A stretch of DNA of 57,901 nucleotides, taken from assembly GCA_001662655.1 (NCBI GenBank), contig KV460236.1; one strand, given 5' to 3'. The position numbers and the translations under genes are program-made. The notes under the pieces are model-generated. The model was not told the DNA's origin. It searched no databases and saw only the letters and a program-made list of their open reading frames with translations. The stretch comes from Pseudogymnoascus verrucosus (taxonomy: Eukaryota). Positions within the stretch are counted from its first letter, which is position 1. The number at the start of each line of letters is the position of its first letter. Positions 1-13,337 of this stretch are shown in pieces.

Positions 1-521
1 GCGAAGCGACAGGATCTAGTTGTGAGATTCAAAAAGATGGCAGACGGTGTCTACGTCGAGGCAAAGCGCAGTGCAATCGGCGGCGTGACACAAGTCCCGC
101 TGTACTTCTGGGCCTTAATGGTTGCTCTTGGGTGGAATGAGATTGTGGCTGGTAAGTTCACACTGTATCCCCTCTCCATATCCGCAAAACTAACGCACCC
201 GTAGTCATCCGCAATCCGATCTACTTCATCTTCCTCATTCTCGCCGGCATCGGCGCCTACGTGACATACACGCTCAACCTCTGGGGTCCGATCATCAAGA
301 TGTCCAATGCGGCAGCGCAGCAGGCGTTGGACATTGGCAAGGAGCGCCTGCGCGATTTCCTGGAGTCGAATGATGCGGGGAGGCAGGCGCTGAATATGGC
401 GTCGGCGAAGGAGGATAGTGATAATATTAGCATGCAGTCTTTGGATAGCAGGGGGAGGAGGAAGGCGAGGATGGCGAGGGGGAAGGGGGAGGATGATAGT
501 GAGGAGGAGAGGGACTTGTAA
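1..521 (+). CDS. SEY1: Sey1/RHD3 dynamin-like ER-fusion GTPase, 3' end (partial; intron ~152-204)
   Basis: C-terminal [63 protein letters not shown] hairpin transmembrane segment typical of Sey1. GTAAGT donor, CTAAC branch point and TAG acceptor are present. Confidence 0.93.
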
Positions 522-883
522 AGGTTTTGGGATGGGGGTATGAAGGTATGAAGTAATGATGGATGGGATGGGAGGGGCGGCTGGGGGAGGGGTGGAATTG
601 TATGTAGTGGGGTAGATTAGGGTCGTGATATAGTACATGTTTTAACTTAGATGAAGAGACATCTAGTTTATACTGGGTTACTGATATTTATGTCTGTCTA
701 TACAGTTATTATTCCTACTTCTGATCAACCTTGGATCCCGTGAGTAACCGTGACCGTCCAGGAACCAGGCATATCCTACTGTAAATTCCGTATATATGTA
801 TTCAACCAAAACGCCGCCATCCAATCCCTTAGTCCAACGCCAGTAGGAAAGTCATTTACCCATACACATCTCAAACCTCCTTC

Positions 884-2080
884 TCAGAATGCTTCCACAC
901 CAGCCTTCCTACCGAACCAATTGCCAAGTTCATCATCCGCCTTCTGCTCCTTCCCACTATCAGCACTGAAATAATCAGTAACCCGATGCGTCTCCTCATC
1001 CTCCTCCGCAGGCCAATCCACAGTAACCGCCATAGCCTTGTTATCCTCCAACAAATCCTTAGTCGTCGACCAGGAAAAGCGGCATTCAGGACCCCAGCCA
1101 AAAACCGGATCGATATTGCGCTTCAGCCAGGTCGAGCAACGTGCATCTGATGGATAGCCGGATCCCCAGTCTGCTTCGGGCGCTGGTGCGTCCTCGGAGT
1201 CACCCATTGTAACGTCTTCTTTGCCTGCCGCATCCTCGTTGGAGCCGCCATACGCCTCATAGAGCACCTCTAGCGCCCTATCTCTCGTGACCTTCGCGCA
1301 GACACTGGCCGCGCTGACACAGGGATACAAACTATCCGCCTTCTTCGCCACGGTGATAGAGGCGGTAGGGAATATGCGTTCGAGCTTCTTCTGGTACGGG
1401 CCAGGTTGGCCAATGGTATCGATGTAGATTTCCCTCACATTAACGCCCATCTCGTATACCGTCTTGATGAGGTGGATAGTTGCGTCCATGGCCTGCTCGT
1501 TCAAGTTGTACGTCGCGGGCCTCATCATATTGGCGGAGATCGCTCGTGCGGAGAGGACCGAGACGGCCCATCCGCAGTTATCGTAGAGGCTGCTTGGGTC
1601 GGGGGATGTGGCGGGGGCGGGCGGCACGGTTGGCGTGCAGAGCGTCTCCATTAACTGGGCGCGGAAGCCGGCGGTGAGGACTTTGGAGTCGTCGAAGTGG
1701 TGGGTTTTGGAGAGGAGAGGCGTGGAGAGGGGGATGGGGAGGTAGAATGCGCCGTAGACCATGGGGCCGAGGACGGGACCCCGCCCTGCTTCGTCAACGC
1801 CGAGAGCGCATGGTGGACCGGCGGGTGGTTTGGGTAGCGGAGTTGAGGATGGGGCGGCGGGTGCTGCTGATGGTTCTTTTGGAGGAGGAGACGAGGATGA
1901 GGGAGCAGGTGGTGACGGTGCGATTGGAAGGAGGGATGGCGGGACTGGGGAGAAATGCGTGTATGATTCGCCGGAGAAAAGTGTGGAGTGGATGACTGAG
2001 GGAGGTGTGAAGATAGTCGATTGCGAGGGCGCCTCATTTTCCATGTCTACATCAGTCTCGTTTTGGGATTCGTTGGCCAT
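884..2080 (-). CDS. RNH201: Ribonuclease H2 catalytic subunit A
   Basis: GVDEAGRGPVLGPMVY, DDSK, IDT, KADSLYPCVSAASVCAKVTRD and GSGYPSD motifs in a single 398-aa ORF. Confidence 0.96.
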   Translation of the reverse strand: MANESQNETDVDMENEAPSQSTIFTPPSVIHSTLFSGESYTHFSPVPPSLLPIAPSPPAPSSSSPPPKEPSAAPAAPSSTPLPKPPAGPPCALGVDEAGRGPVLGPMVYGAFYLPIPLSTPLLSKTHHFDDSKVLTAGFRAQLMETLCTPTVPPAPATSPDPSSLYDNCGWAVSVLSARAISANMMRPATYNLNEQAMDATIHLIKTVYEMGVNVREIYIDTIGQPGPYQKKLERIFPTASITVAKKADSLYPCVSAASVCAKVTRDRALEVLYEAYGGSNEDAAGKEDVTMGDSEDAPAPEADWGSGYPSDARCSTWLKRNIDPVFGWGPECRFSWSTTKDLLEDNKAMAVTVDWPAEEDEETHRVTDYFSADSGKEQKADDELGNWFGRKAGVEAF

Positions 2081-2682
2081 GTTTGGTTGTTGTGGTAGAG
2101 TATTTCCTGGGTGGCTTTTCGATATATTTATTGAGTACCTGGATTGTCCCCCGTCGCACCTTTCAAGATAAAACCGGGGTGACGCGCTTTGGACGACGCG
2201 ACGAGCTGTGTGGCTGCATGACAGCCTCGTCGCAATCCATGCGAACGTTCAGTCACATATCACAAAGCCACAGCAAGATTTAACACCCAAATCAAGAATA
2301 CAATAGTTATTTAGTTTAACTGAAAGAAATTCAACTGCACTGCTTAATACACTGCTTTATCTTCTGTGGTGGGTTTCAATTGGGTTGTTTACACTAGATG
2401 GTCTTTTTTGGTCATGGTGCCTGGAATGTGAGGTTTGTACCCTGTCGAGGCCATTGTTATTAACTGGCTCATGAGCTTATGACATGCGACAACACTCCCC
2501 GCCAAATAGTTTCATTTCACGATTACACTTTGGCAATCCATCGTGGGCCAGTACGAACACGGCGCATATAGGCTATTAGCTATAAAAGTTAATATATCAA
2601 CAAAATAACCAACAAAAGCTCGCGCTTCATAGCACCATCGCCACCAGTATTCAATCAACGCGCATCACGACGCGCCGGCACC

Positions 2683-4520
2683 ATGCCTCCAAAACGAACG
2701 GCGGCGGCGCCGCGACACAAACCGCGCGAGAACATGTATTTTGAGCCAGGTGTTCGTGGAAGGCAAGTCCGATCTACCGGCCTTTAAAATAAATATGCTA
2801 ACGTTTTACAGGAAAACCGGATTGACCGTCCCAGATAGTGGCATTCGCGACGAGTATGGAATCGAACCAATGGACGAATTATTTTCGTCGCCCGCGAAAC
2901 TACAGCCCTTATCTAGCTCGACCAGGAAGTCCGCGATGAAGAAAAGCGCAAACACGACCTTGACGAGCGAGGAGGATATGGATGTTGGGCAAAGCACAAT
3001 CCCAGAGCCAAGCGCCGTACTCACAGAGAGGAAAAGAGTTAGCATGCGCATGCCGCCTCCGCGGTCAAAATCTCCGGTGAAAACATTTCTGCAGTCGCCG
3101 GCAAGGCGGCACCCTTCCTTGGGCCCGGTATCGTCTCCAACGCGCGGCTCGGTCGTATCGCCATCTCGAGTACGGTCTCAACCCCAGGTTGCGCGCCGGC
3201 TTGACTTCTCAACTGATGATTTGGATGGAAATGCACCACAAAGGCTTGCCCATGTTTCGCCGAAAAGGACGTCGCAACGGAATCTAGTATCCTCTAGCCC
3301 GGCGAAACGACCCACCGGCGGAAGTTCCGCAAAAAAGTCACTGAAGCCCGCTTTTCAGTCCCAGGAAGAGTCGGAAGAGGTGCAGGGAAGCCGCCTATTT
3401 GACCTCAGTTCGTCGCGTGATGTCGAAGACGATTATGAACCCATAAATGTCGACCAAGCCATAGGCTCGCCAGAGCCAGAGAGAGAGGAGACACCACGAG
3501 AGCCTACACCTCCACCCTCTAAGAAGAGAGGACGCCCACCGAAACAGAACAAACCTGAGCCATCTAAGGATGCGGATGTTGACGAAGACCAAGACGAGCG
3601 GCCCGCAAAGAAGCAGCGTGGCCGCCCTACAAAGGAGGCAGCTCAAAAGGCGCAACCTAAGCCAAAACCAAAGCAAGCAACTAGATTACAAAAACAACCA
3701 GCAGCCGATTCTTCGCCAGCGCAAATACAACGGGGACCACCGAGACCTAGACAGAACGGACTCTTTATCCTTCGACGGGAAACACCTGAACTTGGAAATT
3801 TTGCGACAACTCGATCTGGTAGGGCTTCCATAAAGCCGGTTGCTTACTGGAAGAATGAGACTATTGTGTATGGCGAAGACGATACCGCAGATGCCGATGC
3901 AAGCTTCCTTCTCCCAACAATTAAGGAGGTCATTCGCCACGACGATGTAGAAAAGGAGACATCGAAAAGGGGCAAAAAGAGGGGCCCGAGGGCCCACAAG
4001 AGAGAAGAAGAGGAGGAGGATGCGTCTGAACCGTGGGAATCTGAACCAGGGCGGATATATGGCGCTATTAGGGCCTGGAACCCCGACGATCCAACGGGCG
4101 CAGAGTCTGCTGATGTCGAGGACGAAATTGCGTTCTCTAATGCTGCTATTATAACTAGGGAAATCTCTGGTTCTACTGTCAAGTTTGCCAAGATCCTCAC
4201 ATTGCCCTTCTTTGGATGTGGCATGGTTGACCTGCCGCCTGGTGCTGTTAAGAAACCGAAGAACGCCAGAAAGATGCAGATGGTATTTTTTGTACATAAG
4301 GGGAGGGTAGTCGTCACTGTCGGCGATAATGATCCGTTTCGAATTGGGACGGGAGGGATGTGGCAGGTTCCGAGAGGTGAGATTCCATACCCGGTTATAC
4401 TATTTTTGAGACGGCCACTGACTTCTTTTTCCAGGAAATTTATATAGTATTGAAAATGACTCCGACAAGACGGCACGCGTCTTCTTCTCCCAAGGGTGCG
4501 AGGTGGAAGAAGTGGAGTAG
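2683..4520 (+). CDS. MIF2: Inner kinetochore protein CENP-C/Mif2 (3 exons; first intron is GC-AG, 2763-2811)
   Basis: N-terminal GVRGRKTG..DEYGIEPMDELFSSP, AT-hook-like RGRP motifs, CENP-C motif TRSGRASIKPVAYWKNE, and C-terminal cupin (WQVPRGNLYSIEN..ARVFFSQG). Confidence 0.93.
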
Positions 4521-4866
4521 AGCAGATATGCAACGGAATCAGGAGTCATTGTTTGCGTCTTTCTAATATATGGGTCTGTTACGGCTGGCTCAAAGCGAGG
4601 AGTTGTGGATGGGAATGGGAAGGTGGCACCAATACCAAATTTGGCCACACTTACTTTTTGGTGGCATATTATTTGTTTTTTGGTAGTTCTGCTACGAAGC
4701 AAAAACAGCGCATGGAACCTGCAGGTCTCCTATTTGATGCTGTACTTTCATGAATGAAACCATTGTGGATTCCTGCTTGATAACTCTATTCTACACCTGT
4801 CTCCCATTCTCTCTCTACGGTTTAACTGCGCCTTAATTCGTAGTAGTAGCCGGCCATTGCGCGGGT

Positions 4867-6066
4867 TTATTTTCCATATTTCTTGTTCAGTCTTTCCATT
4901 ATGGCGAGCGCGCGAGACCTATACCCTCCGCCGAAAATAGCATTGTGATTAAGGTGATGATATCTATTACATGTCAGCCCCAACACTATCTGCACAAGGT
5001 AGAGATGGAAAACCACTTACAGCTCGTACAACTCCACTCTATCGTCATATTCCTCCTTTGGTAGATCTTCCGGCTTTAACTCACGATACTCCTCCAACAC
5101 GCCACCAAAACCACCGAACATCTTCATAATTCCCATCTCGAACTCGCTGTGCGCGTATGCCGAACTAGGATCATACACAACTTGCTCAACAGGCCCATCA
5201 TTAATGCTCCCTATGCCGTGGTTCCCACTCCACAGGTCCCCATGCACCACAACCGGCGCAATCGGGGTCCCATAATGAGACTTGAGATGTCCGTCTTTGA
5301 GCAAGCGCGGCACAACAACAGACGCCGTCTGCTCAATCAGCTTACTAAGTTCCTCATCCTTGCCATTGGCCTTCTCACAGGCTTTGGAAATAGCTCTCAA
5401 GCGTTGGTTTGCGTAGAAGTCACTCCAAGAACTAGTGAAGTCATTGGGCTGCTCTGTGTTGCCACAGCATGTGGGCACAGAGAAGCCGAATTGGGGGCTT
5501 GAATGGCCATCAGGAACTGGAGCTGACGTACGGTGTAGCTTTTCTAGTTTCTGGGCGAATGAAAGACCGGATGGTTTGGCTTTTGAGGAGCCTAGATTGA
5601 GGAAGTCGGTGACGAGGAAGTAGCCTCCGGTAGAGAGGGCGCCGTGACCATAGCTTTGAGGACAGAAGGACGGCACTGCGTTATGGATGGCATTCAAAGA
5701 GGCATGCTCGCCTATGTAGAGTTTAGTGGAGTCTCAAACTGGGCGGGAAAACGCAGTCTCAATCATCAGAAAATCCCACTGTTGATGGGATGTGGCATGA
5801 TAATTGCCGGATTCTCTCAAAAAGAGAGCCCCAAACGACGCCGTTCTCAACACTTAAGAGTCCTCTCTTAGCCAAGGACACTTACCAGCAAACATTGTTT
5901 TCGAACTAGGGCCGCCCGTTTTTACAAAGTAGGTTTTCGTCTCGCCGTCCACTTTGCTCGTTATCTTGTAGGTGGATGAAAAGCCAGAGCCACCAAGCAC
6001 CTCCATTTCTGGCAAGGGCTCTTCCAGTGAAAGAGCCTTAGCAATGGCAGAGTCCATGGCGGGCAT
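4867..6066 (-). CDS. Fructosamine/ribulosamine 3-kinase family protein (3 exons)
   Basis: YFVKTG..MFAGEHASLNAI, FGFSVPTCCG, HGDLWSGN, YDPSSAYAHSEFEMGIMKMFGGF and YHHLNH..IFGGGY motifs. Confidence 0.92.
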
Positions 6067-6499
6067 TTTGAGTAGCAGTTGTCGGAAGTTAATGTGTGTG
6101 TATTGCTTGGATATTGTTATCTAAATACCCACCAAGGTAATTCATGAGTGTAGTGTGACGTCGCATTAACCACCACCAAGGGTCTTGTGCTCTAGCTGAG
6201 ATGGCTGTACCAACACAAAGGGCAAAACAAGCATTTAACGGGGTATTATTCAAGTACATATATCAGTCTACGAAGTAAAGAAAGTAGCGTGTCACTTTTT
6301 GGTAGTTTAAGCAAGTTGAATCGTAACTTGAAAATCTCGTATTAAGCCCCCGAATATGTATCTGAGGGTGAACATGCGCGCGCGCTGCTCTATTGTAATG
6401 TACATATCGATATTCTTCGAGCCAATCCCAGGATCATAAGAATGAATGATGCCGTAGCGCCTTGTTTAGACCTCCGTTTTCGACTGTCTATCCACTCTG

Positions 6500-8545
6500 C
6501 TAGGCCACGGTAGGTTTTGGTTTTGGTCCCTCCAACCATGCGTAAGTCCGCTGCAATGTTTTCTTCTCTCTCCCATCATTCTCCAATACAGCAAGGAAGT
6601 CCCGGAGCTGCACCAGGCGACCTCCATCTTTGTCCTCGCGAAAACCGCCCATTCTGTTCTTTCCATCTGCCGTGAGCCTCACCTTCTCGACGACCCCTCC
6701 GCCAATGCCACCAGGCGTACCTGGAGCCTGCATGCTTGTTCGCCCGGGTGTGCTTGCCCCACTGCCACCGCCCGAGTCCATCCAGCTGTACTTATTCTTC
6801 TTCTTGCCGCCAAAGAGGAATGTCGCCGTAGTGGCGTTTGCCTGAGCATGGCTATCAACCAAGTTTTGCTTCCCTTTATCCTGCTTCTCTCTCTCTTTCT
6901 TCGTGAGTGGTTTTGTGGAGGGCTCTGGGGCCACGGTTCCGGGTGTTCCTGGAGCAGCAGAACCGCTGCGAGCAACCGTACCATCCGTAGGGCGCCCTTG
7001 ACGCTTGGCCAGACGTTTTTCCTCGAAGTTGCGCTCCACATTTGCGGCTTCACGGAGAGATTTTATCAACTCGTTGGTCATAGTGACAGTGCCCGTTGGA
7101 GTCTTGGTGCCTTCCGAAACAGGAGTAGGAAGTCGACCAGCTGCAGATGCAGGATCTGTAAACATTAGCAGGTTTCATAAACCAAGAGATATCTGCAACT
7201 TACCATTAGTTGGGTTTGTGCCTGGGCTGACTGCACTTTCCCAGCCAGTGCGAGGAGCTCCTTCAGGAACGACTGTGCCCGCTGCGCTGGTAGACGATGC
7301 TGCAACGTCAGACCATTCAGATGGGATGACTCCATGAGAGCCAACCCTCCGGCTCTTGACAATGGCAATAGTTTCCTCAAGAAGAATCCTGATCCTCTGG
7401 TTCGTTGCGAGGGACATCAAGGCCAACTGGTCCGCAAGAGCTGTGTCTTGTGGAAGAAATGTGGTGTTCGCCACAACCAGCGCTCCATCAGGACCAGTCC
7501 TGGTTTCAATTTTGATTTCCGAAGGAAACTCGGACGGCAGTTTCAACTGCGGCATCTTGCCATTATCCGTATTCAACACCAATCCGTTCTCCTTTGCAAT
7601 TTTGTCCATCTTATTCCATAATGCGCCGACATGCACGTGGGGATGCTTAAGCTCATGTTGTCTGGACATTGCCAACTTGTATGCTGCATCAGCCCAAGCC
7701 TGATCTGCTGTCTTCTTTTGAATCTGATCTTGGGTAGCTTTATCGATAGGAGCGCCAGGTTGATTGGCAGGGCCACTTCCGTAAAAAGAACCGGCATCTC
7801 CAGGTCCAAATTGGGTGAAGCCATGACCGGTGGCATTTAGACCAGCCTGGTTGAACGCAGGTTGAGAGTTGAACGATCCAGTGTGAAAGCTCATCGCAAA
7901 GCTTTCCTCAGCACGCAAATCTACACCAGCATTCGCTAGCACATCCATCTGATCATCGTTGACGTTATCCCTTTCCGCTGGTTTAGACGGGGGCCCCATG
8001 GCTCCAGCTCCATGCTGTTGATGCTGCTGTTGCTGCTGCTGCTGCTGTTGTGGTGGCATGCTGTAGTTATTCGGAAATTGGTTGCTCGTAGGGACGTTCG
8101 TTGGGTGAGGTGGATGAGGTTGATGAGGGCTATGCGACGGCATGGCATGTACGTTGCTAACTGGAGGAGCATTTGGGTTGTAGGTGGGAGGTTGACTATA
8201 AGGCGACGGGTGGCTCAAAGCGGGTGTGGTATGGCCGTTTGAGTATGGCCCTTGATATGTAGGTGGCTGAGATATGTTTGCAAAATGGCTCGAATGCGCG
8301 GGAGGTAGTGATGAAGGCGGTGCAGCTGTAGATGGGGTCGGCCCATATGGTGATTGTGTATAAGGTGAGGTTGGCTGTGATCTTGGATCTGGAGACAAAC
8401 GTTGCCGCTTCGCCGCTGGCTGATAGAATGCCTGGGCTCCAGGAGACGGTGCTGCCTGAGCGGGCGAGGAAGGTCCCACTGGCCCCGGCATTTGCACAGG
8501 CAACTGCGCCGGCATCTGGTATTGGGGTTGCTGTTGTTGCGCCAT
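6500..8545 (-). CDS. TAF4: TFIID subunit 4 (TAF4) with Q/P-rich N-terminus (intron ~7150-7203)
   Basis: DVLANAGVDLRAEE motif, histone-fold-like region, ANATTATFLFGGKKKNKYSWM, and C-terminal VQLRDFLAVLEND characteristic of fungal Taf4. Confidence 0.85.
8013..8050 (-). repeat. CAG/CAA microsatellite encoding poly-Q in TAF4
   Basis: Interrupted (tgc/tgt)n run on the + strand, translating as PPQQQQQQQQQHQQH. Confidence 0.85.
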
Positions 8546-9027
8546 CGTGAATGAGGTTGTCGTGAGAAAGTTCATCCAGTTCGCGCGTTGACCAGAACAA
8601 CTTGCGCGACAGTAGCAGCGGCGACCCACTCATGCAAGGCTGGTCATGTGACCACTCACGTAGGAGAGTGACCCAGACCACCTCACCGTAAATTCAGGCA
8701 TCAACAGTAATTTCAGGCATCCACATACCTCTAGGGTCTCTATCTTTATTTCGCGATACCCAAGAGTGCCGCGCCGACATTGAACTGCGACAACCTTGTT
8801 CTTATCTCCCTTCTCACTCCTACCACCAGATCGCGCTACTAATTAAGTTTATTTCTGTTTATTTATTCTCAGCCAAAAGACAGAATAATAACAACATCAA
8901 AGACGGCCTAGATTTCTTGAGGTCCCACTGAGGACATGATCTAGTCGTGATTCTCACCTGCGAACTGCCCAATTGGCCTTGGAGAGCCTCTTCATAATAC
9001 ATTGAACCATACCTGCGAGATCACAAA

Positions 9028-12000
9028 ATGGCTTCTAAACGCAAAGCTGGCGCAATGTCGCCAATGGTCGAAGAACCTGTGGACCCGAACGATGAGCTCA
9101 TGTTCTTGTGCTTGGGAGGTGGAAACGAAGTGGGGAGGTCGTGCCATATCATTCAATACAAGGGCAAGACTGTCATGGTAAGAGCTTCATTGCGGCGGTT
9201 TCTAAAGACGATCAGTTGCTAATTTTCACATCAGCTCGACGCCGGTATGCACCCCGCTTTCGACGGTCTTTCAGCTCTACCGTTCTACGATGATTTCGAT
9301 TTGAGCACCGTCGACGTGCTTCTGATCAGCCAGTAAGCCCGTTTTTCCTACACAGCAACTTTCAAACATACAATTTTTCATGGGGCGAGCTTTTCCTTTT
9401 CTCCTTTGTGGTGACTATCTGTTAAACGATCGTTGGTATTTCCTATACTACATGTTGCATGTATATCAGAGATCAATACAATACATTACCTATCCAGATG
9501 CTTGTTTGATCGCACGAAGATGAACCTGTGCACTCATGCATAGGGACGAAGACAATATAAAAATACCTTTGTGCCTATACGACCATGCATTTTGTCCACT
9601 TCGCATTGCATTGACATGTCAGTAGTCCATGTAGCTGACAAGTCCATAGTTTCCATATCGACCATGCTGCTTCACTACCATATGTTCTGGCAAAGACAAA
9701 TTTCAAGGGCAGGGTTTTCATGACCCATCCGACGAAGGCGATCTACAAGTGGCTTATACAAGATTCCGTTCGTGTGTCGTCCAACTCTAGTTCGAGTGAG
9801 CAATCGTCGACACCATATACAGAAGCAGACCATGCGAGCACATTTCCTATGATTGAAGCCATTGACTATCACACCACGCACACCATCTCATCAATCCGCA
9901 TCACACCCCTTCCGGCTGGACATGTGCTCGGCGCTGCGATGTTCTTAATTTCGATTTCCGGGCTCACCATACTTTTCACGGGCGACTACAGCATCGAGCC
10001 TGATCGCCACTTAATTTCAGCATCTGTCCCGGCAAACGTCAAAGTCGATGTGCTGATCACAGAGAGTACATATGGTGTCGCGTCGCATGTCCCTCGTCTA
10101 GAGCGTGAGCAGGCCCTAATGAAGTCTATTACGGGAATCTTAAACCGTGGGGGTAGAGTCTTGATGCCCGTATTCGCATTAGGCAGAGCCCAAGAGTTAT
10201 TATTGATTCTGGATGAGTATTGGTCACGGCACAAGGACCTGCAAAATATACCCATCTACTATGCATCGAACTTGGCTCGAAAGTGTATGCTCGTTTACCA
10301 AACATACGTTGGGGCCATGAATGAAAATATCAAGCGCCTGTTCAGGGAGAGGATGGCTGAATCCGAAGCTGGGGGCACCAACGGAGGGCCGTGGGATTTC
10401 AAATATATTCGCAGTCTAAAAAGCTTGGAGCGTTTCGACGATGTTGGAAGCTGTGTAATGCTTGCAAGTCCGGGTATGATGCAGAATGGAGTTAGCAGGG
10501 AGTTGCTTGAGCGCTGGGCACCAAGTGACAAGAATGGCGTGGTTATTACAGGTTATAGCGTGGAAGGGACAATGGCGAAGTCTATTATGCAAGAACCAGA
10601 TCAGATCCAAGCTATTATGTCACGAAACGGGGCAAATAGAAGAGCAGGAAGAGGAGGCGAGGACGGAGAAAAGGTCATGGTTCCAAGGCGTTGCAGTGTT
10701 CAGGAGTTCAGTTTTGCTGCTCATGTTGATGGTGTTGAGAACCGAGAATTCATTGAAAAGGTTGCCGCGCCTGTCGTTGTAAGTATTCCATGTCCCCAGC
10801 CTCAATCAAATATGTTTTTCACGTCTCTAACTGGGGTAGATTCTCGTCCATGGCGAGCAACATAATATGATGCGATTAAAATCGAAGCTTCTTTCTCTTA
10901 ACGCCAATCTCGCCGAGTCCAAGAAGGTTAAGGTTTACTCGCCACGTAACTGCGAAGAAGTGCGTATCCCATTCAAAGCCGACAAAATTGCGAAAGTTGT
11001 TGGAAAGCTAGCAAACCTATCTCCTCCAACGCTATTGACCAGCGGGGAAGGCGGTGAATTGCAGTTTGATGATGGAGGTAAGATCATCAGCGGCGTTCTT
11101 GTGGAGAACGATTTCAAGCTCTCCCTCATGGCGCCTGAGGATCTCCGTGAATATGCCGGTTTAACTACTACGGTGGTTATGTGCAAGCAGCGAATACGAC
11201 TAAGTGCTGCAGGGATTGACCTAATTAGGTGGGCATTGGAAGGAACATTTGGTTCTATCGAAGTCATATCCCAGGCGACAGACGAGGAGCCTGTAAAAGA
11301 CGAGAATGGTGATACCCATATGAACGGCAACGGATCTGTGGAGAAGGCAGACGAAGAAGTTACGCGATCAAGCACCACAACGTATCTGGTCATGGGATGC
11401 GTGACCGTGAGGTATAGAAGCAATGGCGAAGTGGATATTGAGTGGGAAGGCAATATCCTGAACGATGGTATTGCCGACGCTGTTATGGCCGTCTTATTTT
11501 CGGTCGAGAGCAGCCCAGCAGCCGTCAAACGTAAGCAACAGCCTCCCACCCCGGATTGCCTTCATTTTGTCATTTTAAACGTTATGTCGTATGTTTACTA
11601 ACTTGGAATAGAATCTTCAAGCAAGCACGCTCATAACCACGGTCATGATCACGGCCATTCCCTGCCGGATCGCAACCCGCACGCAGATGTTTCCCCAGCG
11701 GAGAGACTGGAGCGGTTATTCTTGTTTCTCGAGGCACAGTTCGGTTCAGATGCACTGAACCCGATCGAAATACCAAAACTGCCTAAACTACTTCCCGAAG
11801 AGGCCGGAGCTGATGGCAATGAAGACGAAGATGAAACAAGGGAAGCAGAGAAAATCGAACTAGAGAGGCTGCATAAGGCAGGCATTCCTGTCCCCGGCGT
11901 GGAAATTAAGGTCGATAAGATGGTGGCAAAGGTTTGGCTTGAAAATCTAGAGGTTGAATGTGCAAACCGGGTATTTGGTGACAGAGTTCGGGCAGTTGTC

Positions 12001-12039
12001 GAGCGGGCAGTTGAAATCGTGGCGCCGCTTTGGGGATAG
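9028..12039 (+). CDS. YSH1: mRNA 3'-end processing endonuclease Ysh1/CPSF73 (5 exons)
   Basis: [12 protein letters not shown], metallo-beta-lactamase HFHIDH (split by the intron at 9333-9649), [10 protein letters not shown], beta-CASP domain, SFAAHVD, LVHGE and CPSF73 C-terminal domain. Confidence 0.96.
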
Positions 12040-12312
12040 TTTCAATTATGATCTGGGGTTGTCGAATATGGCAGGGCTATCGAATAATAGATCCTGATGT
12101 CTATGTATGTATAATATAGGGGCATTTGTCCGCACGAGAGAATGACAGGCACCTTATAAAGGGGTGGACTATGCAAATAGGCAACACAACAGCTCAAATT
12201 ATGTCTCTAGAAATCTATCAATGTGCTAAATTACTCGCGGATTTGGTATTATCAAGCAGAGGTTTAAGTAAATTTAGTATGACAAGTGCTCAAGATCTCA
12301 TCCATAAGCCAG

Positions 12313-13337
12313 TTAGTATATATCACTACACCCTCCTGGTCAGCAAACATTGGCCCATTTAAACAGAATAGTGCCATAACTTACTTCCTTCTGAGAAGAG
12401 GCACCTCTCTCCTGACCTTGCTAACAAGGTCTAAATCAATATCCGCAATAGCTATTTCCGGCTTATCCCCATCTCCAGTGAGTTCTGCCACGATCTTGCC
12501 CCAGGGATCGACAATCATTGAATGTCCATAGCTCGTGCGTTTCTCATTGTGTTGCCCAACCTGTGCCGCGGCAATTACGTAGGATTGCGTTTCTATTGCT
12601 CTTGCTCGGAGGAGTATTTCCCAGTGGGCCTTTCCAGTGGGCACTGTAAATGCGGAAGGGTAAGTGATAATATGTGCGTTTTGACGGTGGAGCGCTATTC
12701 CGATTTCAGGGAACCTCAGCTGTCAAATATACATCTCAGTAATTGAACGGCATTGCAATCCTGAGTGACACCTACATCAAAGCATATTGTCAAGCCAACC
12801 CGGCCAACGGCAGTTTCAAACGGAGGAAGAATACTCATGCCTTTCTCGACGCTATTACTCTCCTTCAGGACAGGACCTCCTGCAATATCGACATCGAACA
12901 AGTGGATCTTTTGGTATCGCTGCGTAATCTGTCCCTGCTCTATCCAAATAGACGCATTCTTCAATTTCTTTCCAGATTCGCCAACCTCATGAATTCCAAC
13001 ATTGATAGCAATATCTGCTTCCTTACTGGCAGCTTGTACGCCTTGGACGAATATGCTATCCTCGACGGATCTTGCCAACGCAAGGGACTCCTCGGTAGAG
13101 GAAGCGATATAATCACTAGCCTCTGGAAGAAACAAGGCCTAACAAGCTCAGATATATTTTTGCAAAGATGTTTTCATATCTGACCTTTGCTCCTGCGGCC
13201 GAAGCCTGATCAACGAGGTCCTTTACAAGCCGAAGGTTGTGAGCCATGGAGGCTTTGGAACAGAGCTGTCCCACCGCCTATATTACTTTAGCAAGGGAGT
13301 TTTAACAGAACCACAAGTCACTCACTACGATTGCCAT
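12313..13337 (-). CDS. NIT2: Nitrilase-family (carbon-nitrogen hydrolase) Nit1-type deaminated glutathione amidase (multi-exon)
   Basis: Catalytic Glu-Lys-Cys context [18 protein letters not shown] and GLTICFD, plus [28 protein letters not shown] and [12 protein letters not shown]. Confidence 0.88.
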
